A stretch of 62,343 nucleotides of DNA, filler included, from Sphacelaria rigidula (Eukaryota), in assembly GCA_964200075.2 (NCBI GenBank). It is 9 parts of 9 records of this genome, joined end to end, with 100 filler letters (N's around TTAATTAATTAA, not from the genome) between each part and the next. Parts side by side here need not be neighbours in the genome. Positions count along the whole stretch, not along the records: positions 6,940 to 13,778 come from CAXNAA020017824.1; positions 13,879 to 20,716 come from CAXNAA020017825.1; positions 20,817 to 27,654 come from CAXNAA020017826.1; 6 more parts are not named here. The stretch is one strand, 5' to 3'. Below are positions 12,397-23,105 of this stretch, in pieces. Each line of letters starts with the position of its first letter. Position 1 is the first letter of the stretch. The position numbers were made by a program, and so were the translations under genes. The notes beneath the pieces were generated by a model. The model was not told where the DNA came from. It saw nothing but the letters and a program-made list of their open reading frames with translations, and made no database searches.

Positions 12397-13964
12397 CCCC
12401 GCCCCGAAATGTGTAATGTGGACTGAGGAAAATTCTACTTGGTAGGTGTTTGGACTTCGCTTCTGAAAGCAGCTGTATCTGCATTCTTCGAAATATAATT
12501 GAAGAACTGGTTTTGGAACCAGCTGTCTGTCGTCTAGATGGTGACCTCTAATACCTAGTTTCAGAAAGCATCCATCATCTCTGTGCGCTGCATGGACATT
12601 TGTTCGGGACAGTTTTTTACACCTTGGACAATACGAGATGTAATATACATTGCTCGCCCAATATCTTGACGCGTTGCGTGTTCAATGTTTACCGCGTCAT
12701 CAACATGCCAGGGTTCGCAACATGCAATAGGTATCGACAGAACAATATATCACAACACGCGCCACTCAACATGTATTTGTCGAGGAATATATTAGCTGCA
12801 GCACGAGGTCAATATATATCGACGATTCAATATACGCAACACCCGAAGCGGCGATATATCTTGCCGCCCGAATATATCGTGCGTCAACGCGTCCAATATA
12901 CATTTGGGCGAAGTTTACACGAAGGAATCGACCATCACAATATGTGTGCTGGAGCGATGTATATGACTGGTTTATCACCAGATGCCGAAAGCGCTGAATA
13001 TATTCCTTCGCGAGCGTGCCCAATACATTTTGGCTGCACAACAGCTACACGATGAGCGTGCGAAATATATATGTTGGAAAAAAGAGTACTCCTGCATGTT
13101 TTGTGTTCAATATACATCGTTGCAGCAATATGTTGCGCATCGCCTCTACTTGATATGTATTGATATTTCAATACATATACAGCGGGCACGAACAATGTAC
13201 ACTGGGCGTTTAGTTCCCGGAGCAAGTGCATGTCCAATACATATTGGGTATGCATTACTTAACGATCATGACACGAGAAATATGTTTTGTCGCTTCAAAA
13301 TCTCCGAGAGGATCTCAACACAATATCAATATTACGAGGATTATACTTTCGCTGTTTCCAATACAAAAGATTTGCATCGTATTGGAACATTTTGTATTGT
13401 CCAGGGTATATCAGCAACACAGCACCGCTGACCAGAGGGGTACTTGAAGGCGCACATCGATCCCCGTGTTCTGCCGACATACTGTTTGGCCGATATATAA
13501 ATAAAATATTGTGAAGGGGATGAGCGGCACCGTTCCGGTGGCCAGATAGGTATATCCAAAGGCACATGTAGTGGGTCGCCTTTTTCGCCACCATATTTTC
13601 CGGTCAATATATATTGATTTGATTTGATTTGATTGATTGTCGCACTTTAACTGACCCCCCAGGGGTCCAGCCGTGGTCTCATGATGGACGTACCCAAGAA
13701 AAACGGAATTCGTCGTTTCTGTTCCGATTTTGCTTCGGCACGTCTATCATGGTACTTGCCTTGCTTGTTGGTCTCGCGNNNNNNNNNNNNNNNNNNNNNN
13801 NNNNNNNNNNNNNNNNNNNNNNTTAATTAATTAANNNNNNNNNNNNNNNNNNNNNNNNNNNNNNNNNNNNNNNNNNNNACGAAACCAGCTTTAACGGCAG
13901 TTATGATCATCGCCCCCGTGCACGGTTTTGGCCGGTTTTGGGGGGGGGCTATCTCGGCAGCAGT

Positions 13965-16558
13965 CATTCGCACCGCCAAACCAATGCGACAAATCCTCCG
14001 CTCCTACAGATGCTTGCGCATTCACGAACGCTTGTTCTTCAGTCGCTTTTTTCGAGGAAACAAGAGGCAAAACGGGAACATCCATACAGTCCCGCACAGC
14101 AACAACTCCCGATGGCATCACGCCATCCTCCTCCAGTATCTGACCGTACAGCGGCAAAGACACCGCAGTCAACGCCGCCAAATACGCCAAACCTGTCCAT
14201 GCATACAGCAGTGTACACGACCACCCCAACACCACGCAACGCTCGTCGTCGGCGTCAGAATAGTAATCGCTAACAGCACCACGAGCTTGCAGCTCGCTCT
14301 GGGTACCCGCTTCACGCGGGTCACACGTCCCTATTGTTTCGATCATACATGGGGTGTCCACAGCTACGCGCTGGTCCGGCGGCAATTCCGCCAACCCGGC
14401 ATCCACTTGTCCTTCGAGTAGACACCCCCGCGAATCATCTGAACAATCTCCCGCCATGTCACTGGCGCAAATAGATTTACCATGAGCACGGCAAGCCCCA
14501 AGCTCACCCAGCTCGCTCGCAATACGCGAATAACACCCCCTGCGGTTTCGAGCATGCAAGGAGTATCTCCAGCTACGCGCTGGTCCGGAGGCAATTCCGC
14601 CAGCCCGGCATCCACCTGTCTTTCAAGCAGACACCCCTGCGAATCATCTGAACGATCTCCCGCCCTGTCACTGGCGCAGATAGATTCACCATGAGCACGG
14701 CAAGCTCCAAGCTCACCCTGCTCGCTCGCAATACGCGAATTGACACCCCCCTGCAGCTCGAGCATGCAAGGAGTATCTCTAGCTACGCGCTGGTCCGGCG
14801 GTAACAAGCAACTGGGACCTCCGCCCACAAGTACTTGCTCATTGGTCCATGTAGGCCCCGCCCTCTCAACATCGCCAACAGCAGCAGCAGTATTACGCAT
14901 ACTCGCTACAGCCACCACTTTTTCCCCAGCGCACTCTTGAACTGCAACAGCGGCAGCTGAGCGAACTGCAGTCTGCTCGAGCGGCGTGACATATTCGTCC
15001 TCTCCAACGGCAATACCATCATCATCCAAACCAATGCTCACCGTGGTTCTTTCGGCTGGCGCGTTCTCATGCCTCCCCGCTTTCACAGACACGTGCTGTG
15101 TCTCCTTCCCGCTCTGCACAGAGGAAACAGCTGCCCTGTATCGTGGTTCAAGACGCGCCCGACCGACTGCACGTTCAGGTGCATTATCGCGCCTGTCCCC
15201 TCGGGCAGACACATGCTTCTTGGCTTTCACAGTGAAAGCATCTGCCCTGTATCGTGGTTTCAAACGCGCAGCACCTACTGCACGTTCGGCGGGTGCACTG
15301 TCGTGCCTGTTCCCTCGGGCAGGCACATGCTTCTCGGCTGTCAGAGTGCAAGCAGCTGCCCTGTATCGTTGTTTCAAACGCGCAGCACCTACTGCACGTT
15401 CTGCGGGTGCACTGTCGTGCCTGTTCCCTCGGGCAGGCACATGCTTCTCGGCTGTCACAGTGCAATGCGCCCCACCCGACGGCGCATGCTTGCGCAACGC
15501 GAAAAGCAACTGCTCGTCCTCAACATCATAACCAGGGTTCAAAGAACGTGTCACACAGACATTTTGCAATATGTTTCGGCATGAGCTCAGAAACTGCTGC
15601 CACCTCAAAGAGGTTTGTCCACCGCGCGTTCACCTGACCTACATCTCGCAAATATTGCTCGTATTTGCGTAAAAACTCGGCCGGTTTCTCGCTCGAAAAC
15701 ATGCGGCCGTAGTACGGCATCTCCAGCGCCAGTACAGGAACAGCACGACCATCGACGATGACATATTCCGGCGCCTCATTCGCTTCGGTCAGCAGTACAA
15801 TACTCCACACCGCCTTCTTGAAAAACGAAGTCGCCTCCCACTCACAGGAACAACAACTCTCTCCTTACACCGAGACGCGCTGTACTGCTGCAACAACAAT
15901 GGCCACAGCGCCTCTTTCTCACGTAGGTCTCACCACGTGTTTGAAGTTTCTAGACTCCTCTTCCTGGCCGTACCTGGCCAAGCGTGAAACACGCAACCTT
16001 CGCTGGCTCCACTAGGCAGTACGATAATAGCGCCGCTTTTTCTGGAACGCGCACGGGCTTGCCAGCTGTCGGTCGATCTCCCGCACCTCTCGCACCAGCG
16101 ATACCACAGACCCTAGAACTGCCTCAGAACCTCCTCGGCTCTACTTCTCCAACTCCTCGCGACGTTAACACGCCTTGAGCTGGTCTTGTTGCTGCAAACT
16201 GATCAGGTCTGCAAACTTCCCTATCTTGAAGTGTCAGCTGCTTTTCAGCGGATCTACTGCCATTAGCGGACTTGATGAACGTTCATTGTAGACTTCTGTC
16301 ACTCAAGATCAGATTGCCATGTAGACTCCTCCCATCACGGGCACATGGACTTCAGCAGCTTTAGTTATTCATATATTGACCCTCAGCATAGTACAGGAGA
16401 ACAGGACTATAGCCTCTCTCCACCAGAGTAGCAAAACCGGCTGCACTCATCATGGAGGTCACCATCACAGAGTCCGTCAATCATACCCCCAACTTTACCT
16501 ACAATGTCCCTGGCCTTAGGTACCAAAGGTGACTAGGTCTATAAACCGCAACGTGACA
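13965..16558 (-). mobile_element. Non-autonomous gypsy-derived element: putative LTR (16297-16558) plus gag N-terminus fused to tandem peptide repeats
   Basis: TGTCAC...GTGACA-bounded 262-bp segment. LEMPYYGRMFSSEKPAEFLRKYEQY...VSELMPKHIAKCL...LLFALRKHA resembles the gag N-termini at 19650 and 39850. Internal 114-bp and 210-bp repeats, frameshifts, and no pol motifs in view. Confidence 0.65.
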
Positions 16559-18206
16559 CCTTCGGCGGAACTACCTGCTGACTGCACGGCGGCAGGGTGC
16601 AGGATGACAAAGCACACCACAGGACATCACATCCTCAGCCTTTCCCTGTCCTGCATTGATTTCACCCTGCCCTATGCAGTTCGACACATCATGAGCGCAG
16701 CCGCTTGTAATTGCGGCCAACGTGTACGCGGTATATCACCCCTCGCTACGCGCTATATCGCTACGCCACATTGTGTAAAGCTATCCGTGTTGCAGCTTCA
16801 GCGTGCGTTTGCCGCAGGTGGCGCATGCAGGAGTGAAAGGCCGCCTCCGCCGCTGTTTGTATCTTGGGCGAAGCTGTATGGTGATACAGCCACGGCTGGT
16901 GCGCCCACATATACCGAAAGGTGGAGACCCGCGTCCAGAATAGATGGGACAAAAACAGACATATACGCAGTATACTTTCAACATTGTGTTCGTATTGTAC
17001 TGACTGTAAAAATCTTTGCACACCGTGTGGTATATTTCCACATGTAAATGTATGTAATGTTACTCAGTAAGATCGTGAAAAAATCGCAAATCTGGGCGAA
17101 GTGCAGGTGAGGCAATCGCCCGAATATTCCCCTGCAAACTTTGCTCCAGGTCACTTTTGGTTTTAACGAAGACAGCTGTTTGCGTAAATGCTTGAGTCTT
17201 GGAGTCTCTGGAGCCCTTGACAGGGAGGAAGCCTTTGGAGCGGCACTACAATAACCACCTTGCCGGCTGCCAGGCTGTTAGGACGTAGTATCCGTAAGTA
17301 TTGCTTCTATCTGTACGGGGATGTTGCCCCCTTGTCGGGTACGTGGGGAAGGGTCCGTGGCAGAACGCACCGGTCGCATCAAGCAGCTGCACGCTGGGCG
17401 TTCTCCCTCAAGACTTCGATTTGGAGGATCATACTAGGTAGGCAGCACCAACTGCTGTGTGTCCAGGTGCCCCTCGGAGCAAGATCCGTTTGGTTTCTGT
17501 TGGACAAACTTTTTTTCCAAAAAAACGAAATTAATAGGGGTTTAGAGAGGAAGAATCTAGCAAGAAAAAAGTATCAAAAATGGACTCGCAGAAATCAAGT
17601 CGCAAAAATTATGTCGCAAAAATTGAGTCTCAAAAACGGGTTGGTAGAACTTTTACCCGGAGCAGGAACCAAATTCACCTCGTGAAATTGAAATGCGGGA
17701 CTGGAGGTATAATATTCGGAAAAAAAATCAGAAATCTAGCGGAAGAATTGGATTCTGGGCAGGACAAGCATTGTGCGTAGGGTGGCGATCGCATGCGCGC
17801 CTTTATCGTTAGGGTTCTTCATAAGTCAAGATGAAATACTGTACACCACCTGCACATAATTAATGATTATCGGCAAATAATCGTCAACACGAAGATTTCG
17901 CAGGAGACACCGATCCTCTTCTGATCCTGTGCAACACCGAAAGCCATCCGTAGAGAGTATAGAAGACACCGCGGCTCAAGGGATAGGGGCTGAAATGATG
18001 CACGGAAGCAAGTCATGGGCAATGTGCTCAACACCGCATATCACCGCAACCCGACTATAGAAAAAGCGGAGAAGCGTAAAAGTCTCTGAAAAACTTTCGC
18101 AAGCCCAAAGCTGGCAATATAACAGCAAATCATGCAACTCTGGTACAGAAAAAAATGCCAGCACGTACGACGAAAGAAGAGGTCGTGAAAAATAAAAACG
18201 GATTGA

Positions 18207-18575
18207 ACACGGGATCTTACAAATTGGGTATGGATCTTATATTGGGGATGAGAAACCCGAAGAATTGAATTTTTCATACCTACACCAAATCTTCAAAATA
18301 TGTTTCCATTTCTTCACCTGCTGATAGCTATTGAGAACTGCTACACGCCATTGAAATTTGGATTTCGACCATCGAAATGTTGGTGTCCTAGGTGGCAAAA
18401 CAAATCGGATGAATTTTGGCGTCCGTTCGGACACCCGAAATTCCTCCAAATTGGTTTTTCACCCAGGACCCCAATATTTCGGACTTCGAAATCCAAATTT
18501 CTATGGCGTGTAGCAGTTCTCATAAGCTATTATTCAGTAGCTGAAGAGATGGAACCATATTTTGAAGATTTAGAG
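18207..18575. mobile_element. Foldback MITE, truncated copy (opposite orientation to 18713-19154)
   Basis: Starts ACACGGGATCTTACAAATTGGG. The central GTCCGTTCGGACACCCGAAATTCC is the reverse complement of the neighbour's centre. The right end is missing. Confidence 0.8.
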
Positions 18576-18712
18576 ACACTTTCTATGATAGCTCTTCCCC
18601 CTAACCAGCTCAAAAGTGTCACGAAAAAATGGCCATACAGCGCCTGATGTTTGGGTTCAGGCTGTATGGCTAAAACGAACCCACGCGTGGGAATTCCCAG
18701 CTTCTAGTTGTA

Positions 18713-19154
18713 ACACGGGATCTTACAAATTGGGAATGGATCTTTTATATGAGATGAGAAATCCGGAGAATTAAAATATTCGTATCCACGCCAAACCTTC
18801 GAAATGTGGTTTAATTTCTTCACCTCCTGATAGCTATTGAAAACTGCTACACGCCATGAAAATTTCGATTTCTATCACCGAAATGTTGGGGTCCCAGGTG
18901 GAAAACCAATTTTCGGGAATTTCGGGTGTCCGAACGGACGTCGAAATGATTCCAATTTTGTTTTTTCACCTATGACCCCAACATTTTGGTGATCGAAATC
19001 CAAATTTTTATGGCGTTTAGCAGTTGTCAATAGCTGTCAATAGGTGAAGAAATAGAACCATATTTCGAAGGTTTGGTGTTGATAAAAAGATTTAAATTCT
19101 CCGGGTTTCTCATCCCCAATAAAAGATCCATTCCCAATTTGTAAGATCCCGTGT
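18713..19154. mobile_element. Foldback MITE with ~200-bp TIRs, flanked by TA (Tc1/mariner-like target)
   Basis: TA|ACACGGGATCTTACAAATTGGGAATGGATCTTTTAT ... ATAAAAGATCCATTCCCAATTTGTAAGATCCCGTGT|TA. Confidence 0.9.
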
Positions 19155-19379
19155 TATTATTTTCATGAAAACGAGAAAAAGTGGTGCTCGGAATGGTTCG
19201 ACATGTAGTCCACCTCCAGTACACGTACGAGCAGGTTCATGATGATATACAAGTGGAACAATCTGCTGTAGGCGTTTTCTATTGGTTGACGGACTTGCGG
19301 GTCTGATCGGCAGACTATGTGGATTTGAACATCACATGCTTCACGCATGTGGTTACTGCCGATAACGAAGGCTGTGTGC

Positions 19380-20264
19380 TCATGAATAACAACTGTCTTG
19401 AAGTCTCCAGGCCCTAGTGAGGGAGGGAGCCCTTAGAGCAATCTTGTGACCTTGTTCTGAGTCCAGGAGGGCTCTATAATAAACTTATATCAGGAGGAAC
19501 CCGCTGGTTTCTGGAAGAGATTTTTCAGCTGTGGGCAGCTACGGAGAGATTATATCAGACGATGTACACACGAGTGTGCATTATGTTAGTGAGGGAGCTC
19601 GCTGGCAACGGAGAGACGGCTAAGTTGGCTGGAACTGTTGCGTGTAGCTATGGCAACGCGCAAGAAAGTGGGTGATAGCGATGGAGGCGAAGAGGTGAAG
19701 TTTAAGTTCACTGAGCTTATGCCTGCGGAATCGCTGAAAGCCCCAGAGTACGGACGGCATTATAGCGAAAATGCGTCCCGACGTTTTTATCAGAAATATG
19801 AAGAGGCGGTCAAAATGAACAACAAAGGACGTGGTATGCAGGCCGTCTCACTGACTGTTACTGAACTGGTGCCGAAGCGCATCCGTGCGTGTTTGTCACG
19901 CACGATTTTTGACGGATCCATGCTTGACGACGATGATCTCAAGAAGGCACTAGGTCGACACGCGAAATGTTGGGAGGATGAAGAAATTGATCCTTCAGTT
20001 GTTGCTGCTGCTGGTGTGCGGAAAGCATCGGCGGCCCGAAACGAGAAAACTGCAATGGGAAGAGTAGAAGGGCAGTGGGGTGCCCTGTAGGATTTTTTTG
20101 CGGAGAATACTAGCGCTGAGCGTGCGTCCCGCGATGATGCAGATTTCAAACCAGGACCCGCTCAAATATTAACTCGGGAAATGTTGAATGGACTGACCCT
20201 CCCCGAATTCAAAACTAAAGTCCTCAACATGTTGAACTTGAGGGGGGGGTGGAAGAACCCAGAC
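19380..20264 (+). mobile_element. Gypsy 5' leader and gag fragment (pseudogene)
   Basis: LKAPEYGRHYSENASRRFYQKYEE...LKKALGRHA and, after an in-frame stop, KPGPAQILTREMLNGLTLPEFKTKVLNMLNLRGGWKNPD, colinear with the gag at 39290-39850. The leader resembles 40110-40260. Confidence 0.75.
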
Positions 20265-20716
20265 TTTTCAGAGTTCTCCCCAGTTTCCCGTACCACTCTC
20301 TAGCAGCTTGCTTCAACCCATAAAGCGTTTTGTGCAAATGCATGACAGTGCCAGATCGTTCACCCAAACCTGGCGGTAACCTCATGTACACGTCATCCTC
20401 TAGTTCCGACTGAACGAAAGCTTGCTCAACGTCGAAATGAAAATTGTCTTTCCCTCTGCACAAACTACCGCTGCGGCTACTCGATTAGTCGAAGTGGATG
20501 GGGTTGCTGAGAACGTCGGAATGTAGCCAATTTCTTGCCGATCACCCCTAAAAACTAGTCGAGCCTTAGCCTTCTTCATCACATAACCATGTTGATCGGT
20601 TTTCCACTGAAAAACCCACTTCGAATCTACTGCTTTCTCTCCAAACGGGGGTGAGTCAATTACGGTCCACGTGTTATTGCGTTCCAACCCCTCTACTTCC
20701 TTCTTCATCGCGTCCA
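20255..20716 (-). mobile_element. Ty1/copia reverse transcriptase fragment
   Basis: MKKEVEGLERNNTW, SKWVFQWK, KAKARLVFRGDRQ, HFDVEQAFVQSELEDDVYMRLPPG, KTLYGLKQAAREW. One frameshift. Cut by the scaffold end. Confidence 0.93.
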
Positions 20717-20952
20717 NNNNNNNNNNNNNNNNNNNNNNNNNNNNNNNNNNNNNNNNNNNNTTAATTAATTAANNNNNNNNNNNNNNNNNNNNNNNNNNNN
20801 NNNNNNNNNNNNNNNNGATGCGTGGTCAATGGTCAAACGACTAAGGCAAGCAACAAATGAGTACGCCCCCCCCCTCCCTCCCCCCGTCCCCGTCCCCCCT
20901 TACCTGCTTGCCCTCCCCCGACTCCCGACTGTCTCCGACTCGCATTCTTCAG

Positions 20953-21800
20953 GCCGAAATTCTAGGGCGGCCTCCACGATCCAGGTTGCAAGATCTGAGA
21001 GAGCAGAGCGAGTGCCCGATTGTAGATCTTTGGTTTCCACCTTTCCATTTCGGAGAAACGGATTATGCTGAAGACGGTGTAATTACACCGCCTGATTCCG
21101 CTAGCAACAAGGCAACAAGCACCGGCGAGTGTTCGGAGACCTCGAAGGCCGCGGTCCTTGAGTCCGACAACGTACCAGCAGGTGCCTTGGTGCGTGTCGT
21201 CGGGCCTAGTACGGCTGTCGCAAGCGCACGCGTGCTCCTTTCAGTGATCCTTCGGTATCTGGATGAAAAGCTGGCTATACAGGAGGACGATCTCGTGGTC
21301 CGCGAAAAATTGCAGGTGAGGGAGAGAGACTATTTTAATATATCTTCCGAGACCGGTTTAGCACTCTGTATACGGATCTCTTCACGCACACAAACACTCT
21401 CTCTCTCACACACACGCACACGCACGCACATAGCGCCCACTTCCATGTATTCAACCTTTTTCCTTATTGAACTTCGCCATTCACTTCCCTAACTCTCACC
21501 TGTATGCTCATGCTCGCGGATCCCAACACCACGCAGCACGAACAGTCTCAATCCTTCATTCCAACCCTAACCCTAGAAATAGCCCTGAACACCAAGACTA
21601 TAGTTTCTCCACTTGACAGTCTCAGCCCACGTTGAGCCCCGCGTCCCCGAGCCCCCGACCTTCCCTGGTACCCGAACCCCCACAAACGTGCGCCCTTTCC
21701 TTCTTAGGCGATGCGGGCGAGCTACGGGCGTGTTGGCGACAACGCCGGCAGGAGTGCATCTCGTGGTACCGGTCGGCGGCGGCGTCGTGTGCAAAAATGA
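20953..21800 (+). CDS. KH-domain RNA-binding protein, FMR1/FXR-like C-terminal part (exons 20953-21315 and 21708-21800), partial
   Basis: Phase-0 exons with cag|...|gtgagg and ttag|...TGA. They read AEILGRPPRSRLQDLREQSECPIVDL...LVRVVGPSTAVASARVLLSVILRYLDEKLAIQEDDLVVREKLQ followed by an R/G-rich tail. Confidence 0.65.
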
Positions 21801-22824
21801 GCTGCATGGTGGTATATGTCGACGTACATGCATCGTGGACGCGTACGTGATGGCAGGGGTGCCGCTTGGCCTCTCAACGATGAGTGTGTTGGCTCTTGAG
21901 GATGCGTTTTCAACACAGAGCCCACGTACACCACGGAGTGGCTGGCACATAGAGTTCGGTCGAGAGAGGCGTGGCGGATCGAAAGGTGGCGCAGCTTATT
22001 ACTGTATATGCATGTAGTAAACTTGTTCGGAAAGGCGGCGCGGATACAATGGCGGCGAATTAATAGTGATAAACATGCCCGCAATCAACAGATGAAACTT
22101 CTTGAGTGGTGAAGTTTGGTGGTTCCAATAAGTAACAATTACTCTTCTGTTTTGTGTATGCGGTTATTGTCTTGTTCACGACGGCGTCGCCCGCCGAGCG
22201 ATTGCATGAGAATACAAATCAACAGTGATGCGAACTATGAAAGAGGTCTTCATCACGAATTCATCCGCGGGACCCGGTGATGAACGTACAAAGTGGGTGC
22301 TTCCTCGCTGAGTGGGGGCTGCACACCGTCCCGACGTAGTATTCATCATGTAGCACAAAAGCAAATAAACCAAAGCAAATAAACCAAATTGTGTGGTAGT
22401 ACATGTACGTCGTACTAAATAATCGGATTATCGTCAAAAAAGCAAAACGACGGGAAAACGGGCCGACCAAAACCAAAACACACTTGAGAAGGGGGTGACG
22501 CAGAAACAAACTATAACGGCAGTCGCCGCGTACTTGAGGCTGCGCTGTGCTGTACTGTCATAACGATGCACCCGACATGGTGCGCCCACAAGAACATTTA
22601 AGCATTACAAGTCGCCAACAGGGAAAGCGACGAAAATATATCAGTATATCTAGATAGGAACGGCCATAAATCACCATGCCGACAGCGCCACATACATCCA
22701 GTCGGCTCCTTGAAAGCAAAGAGGCGTCGGGCCAGGCTAGTGTTACGGTTGGGGAGCAGGTGGGAAGTCCCGGCGCTATTTCTTGCCCCCACGGCTCATT
22801 TTCTTGTTTTCACCTTCAACTGCT

Positions 22825-23105
22825 CTCTTTTCTCGGGGTGAGCCCGTGGTCTCAAAGGGTCAACCCATCTCTCCCGCGGTACACGCTTTACACTTTGGCA
22901 TCGCGGGTTAGATCCGCACCTCCGCACTGCGTCGATCGTCGTCGAACAAATTCAGTTAAGCATACGATTTTTTCGACTCACGTACGTCCTCACGCTTCCA
23001 ACGACGGACATCAGATATTCGAGGGTAAAAAAAAAAGAGAAAAACTAGACGCATCTGGCTCAAGTCGAGCCCACGTTTTTTCCCGCCCTAACTGACTGAT
23101 GTGCG
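22825..23105 (-). mobile_element. SINE family B copy (a further 3' fragment at 23372-23490 on +)
   Basis: The reverse complement contains TTAGGGCGGGAAAAAACGTGGGCTCGAC (head) and GAGAGATGGGTTGACCCTTTGAGACCACGGGCTCACCCCGAG (3' body). Confidence 0.7.
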
